Sequence record: ON286972.1
Reading direction: 5' to 3' (one strand)
Length of the DNA: 64,000 nucleotides
Part shown: positions 48,567 through 63,905 of the stretch, in pieces
Position numbering within the stretch: the first letter of the stretch is position 1
Layout of the letters: every line of letters starts with the position of its first letter
The notes under the pieces: model-generated
Told to the model about the DNA's origin: nothing
Databases searched by the model: none
Seen by the model: the letters and a program-made list of their open reading frames with translations, nothing else
Translations under genes and position numbers: made by a program

Positions 48567-49829
48567 ATGTTAGGTAGTAGAATAGGCAGCATCGTCACAA
48601 TTAAACTTTCTTATTATCTAAATGATTTTTCAAAGATCGATTTATCAAAATATCAGCAATCATCATTCTATTATGAATCATCTGAGCATGAATTTTCTAT
48701 CAGCAAAGAAACTGTAAAACTAAAGTATCAGGGGTTTGCAGAAAAGAATGAATTCGTGTATGATTATGGTATGGACAAAATTGTATTCACTGAATATACT
48801 AAGGGTACAAGACCTACATGGAAAGCGGATTATCATAGAAAATCATTCATCAATATACATAAGTATCTTGACGAAGAGCATTACTTTCAACAGTTGCTTT
48901 TGGAGGATTTACCATTCACTATTGATGATCTAAAAACATTATTTAAGTACTATGCGATATAGTACTAAAGGAGATACATATGAATATATCATTCAAAAAA
49001 GTACTAAAATATTTCCAAAATAATAAACTTAAAGATATGAAAGTACGTGTCAATTTCTTTGCTAAAAGTGTGTGGTTTTGTACAGAGGATGAAATTAAGG
49101 TTAATGTAAGATTAACTGATTCATATGAAATAATTCGCCTGTACACAACCATTGATGGCGTGGATACCAAAATATCATACATTTCAACGAGTGGTACGTT
49201 GATCATGAGTACGCGAGAAAATGAAACTGACACATTCAATGAAATTAAGATAGAAAACGTCCATGAAATCACATCTGAAGAGATACTATTTCAACGTTCA
49301 CTTGTTGACAATGTACTAGATTTAACATATGATAATATCATACTAATTCACAAACTACATGATGAGGCAAAAGCGTTTGCTCTAACCAAATTCGGAGAAT
49401 TGGATGATAAGTGACCTGTTGAATATTGATATCACTAAACTAAAAATTACCGATTGTGGTATGTGTGTCAATGATAAACGTAAGATTGATTATGCTATAC
49501 TTACTGATGGCAATAAATCTCTTTGGTATGATAAATCTGTAGGAATTCAATTTAGACATAGTTCTAGTATTGAAAAGTATTCAGAGACATTAGATTACAT
49601 AAGTAATGGTAGTATTATCTATGTAAAATATTCAGAATCTGGAAAAATTACAAATACCATTACATTCAATGAAAAGAAGTACTCTGAAGAAGAATTCTTT
49701 ATGGTTAGTACTTTGTATGATTTTGGGTGTATCAGGTACTGTGATTATGTTAAAACATTGGACATTTCCAATAAGATCTATTCAATACTTGAGCAATATG
49801 AAAAGGAGATTGTAGATGACAGTAAGTAA
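48567..49829 (+). CDS. Three EExFFQxSL-family genes (48567-48962, 48980-49414, 49404-49829)
   Basis: EEHYFQQLLL, EEILFQRSLV, EEEFFMVSTL. Confidence 0.6.
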
Positions 49830-50226
49830 ATGTTACATTATCATTCGTGAAGACTTAGATATGCCAGTTGGGAAGCTTGCTGCTCAGGCGGGTCATGCGG
49901 TTGATTCTATCTGGTCCACGATTACAGTTGCTGGTACATCAATTCGTGGTTGTAATGCTGTTGGTGAGAACCCAAGAGATGAAGATGAAAAGATCCTGAA
50001 CGATTTCAGTACTTGGGTACAGGACGGTCGCCGCAAGATTATCTTAAAGGCTAAATCTGAAGAACAGATGCTTAATCTATTCGATAAAGTGAAAGCTGAA
50101 GGATTCACTGCAACTAAGATTCATGATTATGGATTCAACCATTTTGATGGTCTAACATTAACTGGATTCGTTGTGTTCCCGTGCACTGACGAAGTTAAAG
50201 CATTGAAAAGGGTAAGATTATGGTAG
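49816..50226 (+). CDS. pth2: Peptidyl-tRNA hydrolase type 2
   Basis: IIREDLDMPVGKLAAQAGHA, RKIILKA, IHDYG...TLTG. Confidence 0.85.
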   Translation: MTVSKCYIIIREDLDMPVGKLAAQAGHAVDSIWSTITVAGTSIRGCNAVGENPRDEDEKILNDFSTWVQDGRRKIILKAKSEEQMLNLFDKVKAEGFTATKIHDYGFNHFDGLTLTGFVVFPCTDEVKALKRVRLW

Positions 50227-51456
50227 ATGAATTGGATAGAAAAATTGATGCTTTGTATAAATCAATTGAAACCAATGAGGTTACTGTATATTATGGGAGA
50301 CAGAGTGTACAACAATCAAATTCATGTTTACGTTTAACCATAACCTTAGATTCAAGAGATAATCCATATACTTGTGTTTTCAAAGAAAGAAACACCATTG
50401 AATGGATTGGTTGGTATATAGATGACCGTCTTTCATACCTTTATGATTTTGAAAATTATGATAGTTCAGAAGTTTACTTGAATTCATCTGAAGAAGAATT
50501 ATTTCAACTATCATTAATTGAAAAACATGTAATGTCATATGACAATTTACAAAAAATCAAGTCAATAATGAATTATGCTCTATCTAAGGTAAAGCAATGA
50601 ACATTAAATTAGTTAAAAAATATATCAGTACTTTTAATAAAATTAAATTTATCAACGATGGTTTGACTGATCCTGAAGAACAAATTAAAAATACCACATA
50701 CGTAGGTCAGAATTGCTTTAAGATTATTATTGAAAATAATGTATTATCATTATCAGTTAATAATCTGGTATATGGTGATCAGATGTATATCGTGCACAAT
50801 GTTAATAACAATAACTTAGAAATTATGCTTCGTGATGATAATATTATCAAAATATATCAGGTACAAAATGTAAGTGAATGCACTACTGAAGAGGGGTATT
50901 TCCAGGAATCACTGGTTCAAACATTTAATATTGATTTTAAGGATTTGAAATATCTCATGAACACACTAACAAAAATGCGTTCAGCTATCTTTAACATCTT
51001 TTTTATTGATGAACAGCGACAAATGGATGTAAAATGAACCCAAGAGATTGTTTTGATTTGTTAAAGGGAATGCCTATAGATTCACTAGTACCTGATAATA
51101 GGTTTGAGCACAATCTTGATTTTCATGGTGAAAATTACAATGTATATATAAGCTACAGTGATGATGAGAGTGAAGAACTAACATTTGTGTTCATTTATAA
51201 TGTTTTTGAAGGTGATAAGTTGTTGGATGTTGAAATTGCATCATATACTGTCACAAATCAATACGTTATCGAAGATGAACTTCGCAACAAATTTGATATA
51301 ACACTGTACAGTACTGAAGAAGAGTTGTTTCAGTTAAGTACTATCAGTGATGTGTGCACAACTGTCGAAGAGTTAGCAGACGTTAAGAAAATTATTGACA
51401 CTGTGTACAACAAGATATACAATACATTCCATATCGAGAAACAATTGAAAGGGTAA
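50220..51456 (+). CDS. Three EExFFQxSL-family genes (50220-50600, 50597-51037, 51034-51456)
   Basis: EEELFQLSLI, EEGYFQESLV, EEELFQLSTI. Confidence 0.6.
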
Positions 51457-51460
51457 CACA

Positions 51461-52049
51461 GTGACTACAGTAGTTCGTAAACGCCACATGATGAACATGG
51501 ATGAATTCCGTACATTTGACAAATATCGCACTATGTTTCGTATGCTGACACAGGGGCGACCAATTGTCATTGTAACAGAAAATTACATGTCACCGGAAAT
51601 CATGTTTGGTAATTATGAAAAGGTTTTCATGTTGTATGTGAAGCGTGGATTATTAACTATCAAGACCTTAGCAGAAGCAACTGATGAAGACATGGATGGT
51701 GATAACACATTCACTATGTGAGGAACTATGAGCGAAAAACCAAAAGAACCATTAGACCGTGATGATGATTACTACGACGAACGTTATGGTGATAAAGATG
51801 AGTGAACATAGTGCAGTACTAAAAAAGATTTTAAATGATATGGGTAGTGAATTTGAAGTTTCAGACGAAGAATATGAATTTTGGAAAAAGGATTTTGAAC
51901 AACTGTCCGAGAGTGATAAAGTGTTCAATATGATTGGTGTGGTCAGTCAGTACATATTAGGCGGTGGTCGTGCTAGTGCTTCAATCCTTGCATCGGCAAT
52001 CATCTGTACTGCCCGATGGTGTCAAGAAAAAAGTATTGACGATTTCTAA
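51461..52049 (+). CDS. Small hypothetical genes (51461-51721, a 25-aa acidic ORF from 51728, 51798-52049)
   Basis: Coupled ORFs with RBSs. Confidence 0.5.
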
Positions 52050-52107
52050 ATTAGGAGATATAATGTTTGTATCAGAGAGAAAGAATGTATAAGGAATTAT
52101 ATTTTGC

Positions 52108-52136
52108 TTGACAATGGAGCAATAATATTATACAAT
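52108..52136 (+). promoter_or_regulatory. Sigma70 early promoter
   Basis: TTGACA-N17-TACAAT. Confidence 0.8.
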
Positions 52137-52335
52137 TAATCAATCTTATACAACGAGGAAACTCCAATTGAAATATGTAATGATCCTTATCCCAGTGGGG
52201 TCATTCCATGAAATTCTACCTACTGATGTACTGGATGGTCTTAAAAAGAGAAATCCACATAAGTTTTAAATAGTATTAAAAAGGACAATACTGGGCGAAT
52301 ATTCGTCCAGTATTTTATTTTATAAAGGATTATAG

Positions 52336-54234
52336 ATGGAACCGATACGTGTACTATCACTATTCAATGGGATGAGTGTTGGGTATATGGCCTTGCAAAG
52401 TGCAGGAATACCAGTTGAAAAGTACTACTCATCTGAAATTGATAAATTTGCTATAGCTGAATCCCAGGCTAACTTTCCTGATATCATCCAATTGGGTGAT
52501 GTAACTAGATGGAAAGAATGGGATATCGAATGGGACAAGATAGATCTTCTGATGGGTGGTTTTCCTTGCTTCCCAGCAGGAACCATGATCATGACAAATG
52601 AAGGTCATAAAGATATAAAAGATATAAAAATTGGTGATATGGTTCTTACACACACTGGACAATACCAAAAAGTATTGAGTATTGGTAGCAAGATTGCACC
52701 AACAAGAATCATCACAGGTCAGGGACATATACCAATTGAATGCACTGATAATCATCCATTTTATGCGAGAAAAATGAGCAAGAAGTGGGATAATGAAAAA
52801 CGACAATATGTTCGTGAATATACAGAACCTACATGGATCGATGCACATGAACTCACAGAAGAACATGCTATATGTAATGTTCGTTGTAATGTGAATTTTC
52901 AACATAACAAGAGTGAAAGCTTTTGGTATTTCATGGGTAGATTTATGGGTGATGGATGGACTTACAAAGTAAAACGACAAAATAGAAAAAATAGTTATCA
53001 ATATCGTGTTTTTATTTGCTGTGCTCATGATGAATTTGATGAATTGGTTTCATGTTTTGATGGTATGAATATGAAATATAATTTTGTTAAAGAAAGAACA
53101 TCTTATAAATTCTATATTTGTTCAAAAGAACTAGTTGAATTTTGTGAACAAATGGGTAAGGGTGCTTCAAATAAACAAGTACACCCCACACTTTTCACTG
53201 AAAGTATCGCTAATCAGAAAGCATTCATTGATGGTTATTTTGACGCAGATGGTCACCATGACAAGAAAGATGATTGTTTAAAATTTACATCAACATCAAA
53301 GAATGTTATTCTTGGTATACAACAACTAATTATGAATGTGTATGGTCGTCATTCTAACATAACATACTTTAAACCGTCTGAAACAAAAGTTATAGAAGAA
53401 CGTGTTGTTAATCAGAAGCCGTATTACGTATTAACATACAAAAAAGAAAAGCACCGAAAAGATGAAGCATTCTATGATGATGGGTCATATTCATGGGTAA
53501 AAGGTGTTAAATCGAACACCACAACCGGAGAATGGAAAACCGTTTACAATATTGAAGTTGCAGTAGATAACACATATACGGCGAACAATATTGTAGTTCA
53601 TAACTGCCAAGCGTGGTCAGTTGCTGGGAAACAAGGCGGTGTGAATGATCCTCGTGGTATGTTATTCCATACAATGGTTGATATTTACCAGCACATAAAA
53701 AGTCTCAATCCTAACTTGAAAGTTCTTTTTGAGAATGTTAAGATGAAGGAAGATTTCAAGGATTATATCAATGGCGTGTTGGAAATGACACCAATTTTGA
53801 TAAATTCACAAAATTATACAGCACATTATCGCCAACGTTACTACTGGTATAGCTCGGATAAGTTGTTTATTCCAAAACCTCTTATTTTAGCACCAAAATT
53901 ACAAGATATACTAACTGGTAATTGGTATACTGATCGTGATAAATCATATTGCATTGACGCAAACTACTTCAAGGGTGGAGATCCGAATCAGTACTTCAAT
54001 AAGTCAAGAAGACAAATCGTTTTCAAAGACCCTGATATCAACAGGAACTTCCTGATTGAGAAGGGTAAACGAAATGTGGACTATCGTCATTTAACAGTAC
54101 AAGAGTGTTGCATGTTGCAAGGAATTGATGTAAACTACTTCAAAGTTAGTAGTTCAACACAAGCGTACAAAATGCTTGGTAATGGCTGGACAGCACCTGT
54201 TATAGAACATTTACTACGTGATATATTCTTTTAA
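52336..54234 (+). CDS. dcm: C5 cytosine DNA methyltransferase containing an intein
   Basis: Motif I LSLFNG, IV GGFP/CQ split by the intein, VI FENV, VIII RQRYYW, X LGNGW. Confidence 0.9.
   Translation: MEPIRVLSLFNGMSVGYMALQSAGIPVEKYYSSEIDKFAIAESQANFPDIIQLGDVTRWKEWDIEWDKIDLLMGGFPCFPAGTMIMTNEGHKDIKDIKIGDMVLTHTGQYQKVLSIGSKIAPTRIITGQGHIPIECTDNHPFYARKMSKKWDNEKRQYVREYTEPTWIDAHELTEEHAICNVRCNVNFQHNKSESFWYFMGRFMGDGWTYKVKRQNRKNSYQYRVFICCAHDEFDELVSCFDGMNMKYNFVKERTSYKFYICSKELVEFCEQMGKGASNKQVHPTLFTESIANQKAFIDGYFDADGHHDKKDDCLKFTSTSKNVILGIQQLIMNVYGRHSNITYFKPSETKVIEERVVNQKPYYVLTYKKEKHRKDEAFYDDGSYSWVKGVKSNTTTGEWKTVYNIEVAVDNTYTANNIVVHNCQAWSVAGKQGGVNDPRGMLFHTMVDIYQHIKSLNPNLKVLFENVKMKEDFKDYINGVLEMTPILINSQNYTAHYRQRYYWYSSDKLFIPKPLILAPKLQDILTGNWYTDRDKSYCIDANYFKGGDPNQYFNKSRRQIVFKDPDINRNFLIEKGKRNVDYRHLTVQECCMLQGIDVNYFKVSSSTQAYKMLGNGWTAPVIEHLLRDIFF
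52567..53604 (+). mobile_element. Intein (346 aa) with LAGLIDADG homing endonuclease
   Basis: Starts CFPAGTMI (C1) and ends IVVHN before +1 Cys; block B CTDNHPF; GRFMGDG and FIDGYFDADG motifs. Confidence 0.93.
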
Positions 54235-54249
54235 CCATCAGAGGCACAA

Positions 54250-56078
<1,829 letters not shown>

Positions 56079-56080
56079 TT

Positions 56081-56409
56081 ATGCCAGTGCGTAACAGTAC
56101 ATCACGCTTTACACTTCAACAGAAAGCAGATCTTCTGAATATGGCTAATAAAGATTCTAATTTTTACTATCTAGTACTTGGTGGTTCAGTTGAAAAGATT
56201 GATCTACGCGAGTGTATGAAATAATAAGGGGACAAAATGAGTCTGAGTGAATCCTGGAAACAGTTCAAAGAAGAGATTGGTTATCGTGGTGTATCGAGTG
56301 AACCAATCAATCGTACTGAAAGCATTAAGGCCAGTACTAACGGTACTACCTATGACCGATATGACCCACGTTACGGGTTACATGAAGAAGTCAAAAAAGA
56401 AGATTGACA
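56081..56409 (+). CDS. Two small ORFs not in the track (MPVRNSTSRF... from 56081; MSLSESWKQF... from about 56238)
   Basis: RBS AAGGAG and AAGGGG; translated by hand. Confidence 0.5.
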
Positions 56410-56432
56410 ATATATCGAGAGTGTGTGATAAT
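56404..56432 (+). promoter_or_regulatory. Sigma70 early promoter
   Basis: TTGACA-N17-GATAAT. Confidence 0.7.
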
Positions 56433-56470
56433 ACTCTCGTCTTTTAATTAAACAAAAAGGTAAAATAAAA

Positions 56471-58910
56471 ATGGCTGGATGTGAAAAGATTTGTGAATAC
56501 AGTGATGAATATGTTGGACATGAAATGTATCACCATAAACGCAATCATATTCAAGTACTATCTAAGCACAGAAAACATTTCCGTGGTAAAGAGGCAACTC
56601 TTTTTGTTTTTGAAAATGGTTTGAAAGAAGTTTGGAAATCAGGTGGTCAATCCGACGCATCATTGGAATGTGTGAATCCCAATCCAACAGAAGAGAATTG
56701 GGATAATTATGAATACTTCCGCATGTTTAAACGTACACCGTGGGGTAAATCCGAATGCTATGCTGTGTTTTTTGAAAACCTCGATGAATACAAAGCTGCA
56801 CTGAAACAGTTCCAGCAACGACTGGTAATGGAATATGCATATTACCTGTACGTACCAGATGTACCAGGTAAAGTCGGTGGTATGTATCTTAACTTCTCAA
56901 CTGATCTGAGTGCAGTTAAGCGTCGTTTGCGTCGTCTGGTAGGAACACGCAATCTTAAAATCAAATACATGAAAGGTGATTTCTGCGATTTCTATAATGA
57001 ACAGAAATTGATTAGAATCGGTTCAGAGGACATGTAATGGAACATCTTAAAACTATATGGGAACAAGTGAAAATCATCGTTGAAGGTGTTGTATTCGCTC
57101 TTATGACCTTAATCACAATTGTAGTTGCTTTGATTCCATCCATCATTTATCAATATAATGGTGGAACTAACACTGATATTGACTTAGCATTGCGTATATT
57201 AGGTTTTGTGATTTGGTTACTATTTGTTGTTTGGGTGATGAACCGCAAAAGTCCATATGAGCAAGATGAGAAATCGGATAATGAGTATTGAAAAGATATT
57301 AAAAGATAACTTAACAAAGTACTTGATGAATTGCGACCGTGATGTACGCCGTAAATTTAACGGGTACTTAAAACGTTATCCTTACATCATGTTTTGTCCT
57401 ATTAAAATTAATAACGAGGAAGAACACGATTGTCTTCACATTGGATTCACAAATCGTGTACTGAAAAAAAGTGAATTGTCTGAATCGGACGTATGGATTG
57501 AAACAGATGCACATGAGACTAATGTTTTCTATCTGTATACTCCATATGCAGAGATTGTACATAACATATGTGATGCTGTATTCATTAGTACTGATGAGTT
57601 TCCAAAACTTTATATAAAGCCAGCACCACTTAAAGTTGCTATCAATGCACCATCTGTCGGGGAGGATGTATTTGGTACAATACAGTACTGTGTAGAAGAA
57701 CATTTGGATCGTGAGATTTCAATTGAAATGGCAGACATGCTTGCTGATGCTGTATCTGAATGTACGGCCCTTGAAAGTTACCTTATATATGATAAATCGT
57801 ATTATAATTTGAATAACATTGTTGAAGGTGAAATCACAGTATGTATCAAATACAACAGTGAAGTTATTGGGTTTGTTCATTGTAAAGGGCATGATTTGTA
57901 CCGTAAAAACATATCAGTGGTTGATCTACAGAAATGGAATCAGGTGATGGATTTAATCATTGACAACAGCGGTGTAAATGATATACTCGTTAAACAATAT
58001 AGAGTAATCAACCCTAAAGATGACTGTGATTTGTACTTCCCAGTACAAGGTGTAACTGACGAGGATAAGCGATGAAAATTTTAGAATACGTATATGGCAG
58101 TGAACATCAAAGCACTCTTTATGTTGGTAATGAATTCAGTCCAGACCCTCTGGATATGTTACAACGCATTCAAGGGTTGAAGAAAGATATCAGTACTAAG
58201 GAACCGTTTGTTAAGCGTGTTGACGTTCAATCACGCAATCCAGAAGAATATATTACCACAGATGCTGATATTAAAAAACTTCTTGCAAAGAATGGTTATG
58301 TTGAGTATAATCCTCACATCGTCAATCTTCAATAAGGGAAAGCGAATGACCGAATCAACAGAAGTACTGAAAGAACGCCTATCTAAACTCCGTGAAGAAC
58401 GCCGCATTGTTCGTCTGGATTGGGATATTCTTAACCGCAAGGATGAACAATCCTATGCCAACTGGAGTTCAGATAAAGTTCGTAACGAACGTTCTAAAGA
58501 AGATGCTAAACAATTTTCAGCACTGTCCAAGCGTCTATCATGTCTGAATAGTGAGATTACTGGAATTCAAAAAGAAATCACTGAGCGTTTACTATCTGAA
58601 CTGAGATCAATGTATGAATAAACATGAAGTTCTAGTTTTTGATAATAAGTTCTATGTACCAACATGTGGAAGTACTGAATCATATTATCTAATTAATAAT
58701 ATCATGTCAGCAACCCAAACGTGTTGCCGTCAACGTCCAGGTGAGTACGAGTTCAGCCAGACTATCGGGTATTACCGTTATACTGAGTTGGAAAGTTTCA
58801 CAATTGATTCTAAAAAAGTTATTGACGTTCTTATCAGTAACGGTTACAATGAACAAGAATCAAATAACACTGATTTACCTGTAGTTGAGATTGTTCTAAA
58901 AAATTCTTAA
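56471..58910 (+). CDS. Operon of hypothetical genes (56471-57037, 57037-57291 two-TMD, 57281-58075, 58072-58335, 58346-58621 coiled coil, 58614-58910)
   Basis: Translationally coupled ORFs; no family recognised. Confidence 0.55.
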
Positions 58911-59029
58911 GAAGTTGTGGAACAATTTCGAATCCAATGATATAATGTTTTCATCGGCAGATGTTAAAATGCAAATCACTTCCTCAATGATTGAGGGTTC
59001 TATAAAAAAGAAATAAAAGGGTATTAACA

Positions 59030-60728
59030 ATGGCACAAGAAATTAAAGCACAAGTACTAGACGTAACTGATTTTGACCGCACTGTAAACTACATTCAGTT
59101 CCAAATTCACCAAGCGGAAGAAGCACTTGCTCAATTCCACGGTACTGGTGCTAAGCCAATCATGTTCGCTCATCTCATCACTTGGAAGAAAAATCTCCAA
59201 GAAGAACTACACGAACTGCGTAAAGCAAATCGTAAGTAATTAGGGTTTATGCCCTGTCCATATGGATGGGGCTTTTTAATCAAAAGTATAGAGGAAAAAA
59301 GAAAATGGGTGTAGAATATTATTTTTTATTTGGATGCCTTAGTGTTCTGGTGTTGATAACAGTAGGATTAATTATTAATACATGCATAAGTGGTTCTAAA
59401 TATTTTCGTTCTTTCCAGTTTCTTATGTCAGCTATGTCATATAATAAAGAAGCTGATACAGCCATTAATCTATTACTAGATAAGACTGAAGCTGGAATAC
59501 TTATTGCGAAATTATCACCATCTGATGACACGATTATGTTTGTCAATCCAAACGATGAAGAAACAACACTTGTAGCAAATCAATATCGCACTAGTCATGC
59601 AGATCCACGTTATGTTAAAGTTCTTAATTCAGAAGGTGAAATCTGGATTGGTTCTAAATACTATGCTTATGGATACATCCATCGTTACTACGGTCAACGA
59701 AAGGAAGAATTTTATAAGAAACGTCCAAGTTTAAATACATTTAAACGTATTCTAAAACTTGAACACGAGTTAAAGAAACCAAGTTCAGAAAACGCAGCAC
59801 CAAATCATGTGCATAAGCGTGATAGTGATATCGTGGAGTTATAATGTCACCAGATGAAGCAAGTAAAGTCCTCGTTGAAGTTCAAAATCGACTTCTACAC
59901 GTAATGGACGCAGTAAAAGATTTACCACAAGGATATCAGTATAAGGTTCGCGAAATGCTTTCTTGTGCTGAAACCGTAGTCTCGATGTATTGTGATGTTC
60001 AACACGGAATTATCCCTGAAGTTCTGAAGAAAGATGTAACAGAAGAACGAGAAATCCCTGAAGAAGTTCAGGTAACACAAGTTGTTAAACAAAAAACAAT
60101 CCTTGATATTAGTGATATCAATCTAGACTTAGGAGATTAAAAATGAGTTCACAGAAAGTTGATTTGGTTTTAAAACTCCAAGAGATTCAAGCACTTGCAA
60201 AAAATCTCGATGAAAAAAGTACTAAAATGGTAGACGACCTCTGTGCATCTATTTTAGTAGTGTTTGCTGAAGCAGAAAAGAAATAAAATATATTACCCAG
60301 TACTTAGATACTGGGTATTTTTTTAAGGAAAATTCATGACTGATACTGACTTACAAAAACTCATTGATTACATCTATGAAATGGTTCAAGATAAAAACAA
60401 TATAAATTACATAGCTTCCGGCTCAAAACCAATTGGAAATGTAATGACATATTCTTTGTCTTTGTGGTTACATCAGTACTATAAGGTTGATTGTGTGTAT
60501 TATCGCCCAGATATCAATGCATTTTATTTTGTGAACCCAGCAGTATTGTTTGACCGAACAAAGAAGCTTCCAGATGATGAATCATTTATACCTAGTCCAT
60601 TCTATGTATCCGAATCAGACGAAGACGAGTTCCAAAAAAATACTTCTTTAGAGCGTGATGCGGGATGTATCCCTTATAAACTCAAAGATAAAATTGATTT
60701 CATTGTAGAAGTTATGAAAACATGTTGA
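59030..60728 (+). CDS. Hypothetical genes (59030-59239, 59266/59305-59844 with N-terminal TMD, 59844-60140, about 60143-60286, 60336-60728)
   Basis: ORFs with RBSs; promoter -10 TGATATAAT at 58938-58946; terminator at about 60294. Confidence 0.55.
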
Positions 60729-60778
60729 TAAGTACAGTGAAACTCTGATATAATACTATGACTTACTAAGGAGAACAT

Positions 60779-61826
60779 ATGAACTTTATTAAATTCAACA
60801 CATATGAGTCAGAAGCATACTTTAATACAAATAATAAATTTAATATTATTCTTAAAGACGGAACGGTTGTTATCGGAGTATCATTGCTTTCATTTGATGG
60901 CGAAAAACTCAAAACTGTTTATAAATTCACCAATCTTGATGGTGATTACTGGGATACGTCAGATGTATCTAAAATTTGCACACATTATGTATTTGAATCT
61001 ATTGAAGTTGGTGATGGCTGGGCATTGACCTGTAATGGTAATAAAGTATTTTCTGGTAACATATTTGGAGTAATTTCCAGTAAAGAAATCGTAGACCATC
61101 ATCTTCATGTTCTCAATAATAACGCCAACACTTATACACCTGATAATATCAAAATTCACGATATTGTAACATACACTGATTATAATGGTTTCAGACATAA
61201 AGCAATCGTAACTGAAGTTAAAAAACCAAAAAATTATTTCGACCACGGTTTAATTGAAGTATATATGGTAGGTGGCGAAAAACAATACTTTGATCATTTC
61301 ACTTATACTGGTTGGGATAGATTCCTAACCGTTATTGAGGAATACTAACATGCCGATTCGTGGTGTGCCAGAACCATTAAGTGAAGTTCTTAAGAATGTC
61401 AATGTTGGAACACGAGAAGTTAATCAGCGACGTGGTAATATATATTACTTTAAAACTACAGGAATGAGTTCTATACAGGTTGTTATTGGCACATCTATTA
61501 CGGTCACGCGTGTTCTTGATGGTAGTACTGACTTCGTTGGATACAATGTACTTACTAATAAAGTAACACATACATATAAATGGAGTGGTTATAAAACCAT
61601 CACATATGAGTTTGACTTAGCTAGAACTGAAGAAGAACGATTTATGTTGAGTACTATTAATCCAGCAAACTATCCTGACCTTGATGCATTTTTGCTAATT
61701 TTAAAATTGTATAATGAAGCAAATGAGAAAGCTAAAGAGTATGATAGAATCATGTATGAACGTAGAAAAGAACGTTCTCAAAAAAGTTATGATCTGTATG
61801 AAAGTTACATTCATAGATCCAAATGA
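60779..61826 (+). CDS. Hypothetical genes 60779-61348 and 61350-61826 (family motif EEERFMLSTI)
   Basis: RBS AAGGAG and GAGG. Confidence 0.55.
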
Positions 61827-61864
61827 AATAAATAGTTACCTATAGATTAATCTAAGGAGTAACT

Positions 61865-62215
61865 ATGTTTAAAAGTAATCTTAAAGTAGAATTAATTAAT
61901 AACGAAGGTCAACGTTGGAAAGTTCTAGAAGATCTAGAATACGAGTATAACGGTATTAAAATTGTTGTTCCCGCAGGTTTCAAAACTGATTTTGCAAGCG
62001 TCCCACGTATTCGTGGTATATTTGAACTAGTCGGTAATATGGGTCACGCCGCAGCAACAATACATGACTACTTGTATAGTACTGGTATGCTATCCCGTAA
62101 AGATAGTGATAAGGTGCTACTACAGGCTCTACGTGCTACTGAAGTTGGTAAGCCACGTAGTATGATTATGTATGCTGGTGTTCGTGTATTCGGTTGGTTG
62201 TTTTACAAAAAATAA
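61865..62215 (+). CDS. DUF1353-family protein
   Basis: VPAGFKTDFASVPR, AATIHDYLY, SRKDSD, MYAGVRVFG. Confidence 0.85.
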   Translation: MFKSNLKVELINNEGQRWKVLEDLEYEYNGIKIVVPAGFKTDFASVPRIRGIFELVGNMGHAAATIHDYLYSTGMLSRKDSDKVLLQALRATEVGKPRSMIMYAGVRVFGWLFYKK

Positions 62216-62267
62216 AACTATTTATGAGTACTGCTTGCAGTACTCATATTTTTACTCCGAGGTACAT

Positions 62268-62483
62268 ATGAAAGTTATTATTAATCCAGCATCAAACTTT
62301 TTTGGTGAGGTTTTCGGTGCAGACAGTATTGTGCATAATTTTCCACGAATTGAAATCGACGGAATTGAAGTCCAACGATATGGCAACCTGTACTATGTAA
62401 TAGATGAAAATGGTTCTATTGTACACGACAGTGCATTCTTTACTGAAGAAGAGATGAAACACTTGATAGTACTGGACAAATAA
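62268..62483 (+). CDS. Hypothetical protein
   Basis: RBS GAGG after a hairpin at 62224-62247. Confidence 0.55.
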   Translation: MKVIINPASNFFGEVFGADSIVHNFPRIEIDGIEVQRYGNLYYVIDENGSIVHDSAFFTEEEMKHLIVLDK

Positions 62484-62484
62484 A

Positions 62485-62849
62485 ATGACACTAGATGAAT
62501 GGCATAAAAGAAACGATAAACTGTATGAAAATGATATTTTCTTCTTCGCATTCGGTGGTCTTGGAAGTATTTTACGTGATAGTGATGATTATTACAATTC
62601 GATCATTAGCTATTATGATTGCTATGGGACTATGTACGCTATAGCACGAACAACGGGATGTTACACATGACACATCAAGAATGGTTAGATGAATTAAAAT
62701 TCAAACATGATCATTTTGGCTTTGGTGTACGCCAGGGTCATTATGATATTTTAAAAGATAAGAACAAGTTCAAATCATTTGTCTTGGATGAGGATAGTAA
62801 TCGCTGGTTCATCTATGAGCTTGCGGTTAGAGGTAAAAAAATTGACTAG
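62485..62849 (+). CDS. Small MTxxEW-family genes (62485-62670, 62667-62849)
   Basis: MTLDEWH and MTHQEWLDEL starts. Confidence 0.6.
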
Positions 62850-62894
62850 TACTGATATATATGCTATTCTTTTGTTTTAAACAGGAGTTCAATA

Positions 62895-63394
62895 ATGCTC
62901 ATTACGCATGTACCGGAAAGTATTACTGAAATTTTAAATAAAATTAATGTTAATGAGTTTGAACGAACAGTTCGAAAACAGGGTACTTATCACTATAAGC
63001 ACAAAGATGGTGATCATCAAATAAGCTTAGATCAGAATTATCAAACTCTAACAATTAAAATGGTTACTCGTTGGAATTTTGTTCGTAAAGACACTATTAT
63101 CTGTGATTTTGGTAAAAGTCTACTTAGAAAATGTTTCTCTGAAACAAATGGTATCTATCCAAACCCGAATAGAATTTTTACATATCGATACATCACAGAT
63201 GAAGATGCACATTTCCAAGAGAGCTTGGTATGCGATAATAAGTACTTTCCCGCATTTTCTGATAATTTGAAATTAAAAGAACTATATGACTATTTCTTGA
63301 ATGACAATATCCTGTGGGATGAAGAATTAAAAAAACGACAGATAGAACGTGAAAAGAAAAAAGTATGGACTGGCTCACATTGGATGCAACGTAA

Positions 63395-63398
<4 letters not shown>
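62895..63398 (+). CDS. EExFFQxSL-family protein
   Basis: EDAHFQESLV; promoter TTGACT-N17-TATTCT upstream. Confidence 0.55.
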
Positions 63399-63888
<490 letters not shown>

Positions 63889-63905
63889 TAATTAAAGGTT
63901 AAACC

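Noticed and set aside
56247-56447. 66-aa ORF in the track
   Set aside because: Another frame has the RBS and a proper start at about 56238, and this ORF runs through a promoter.
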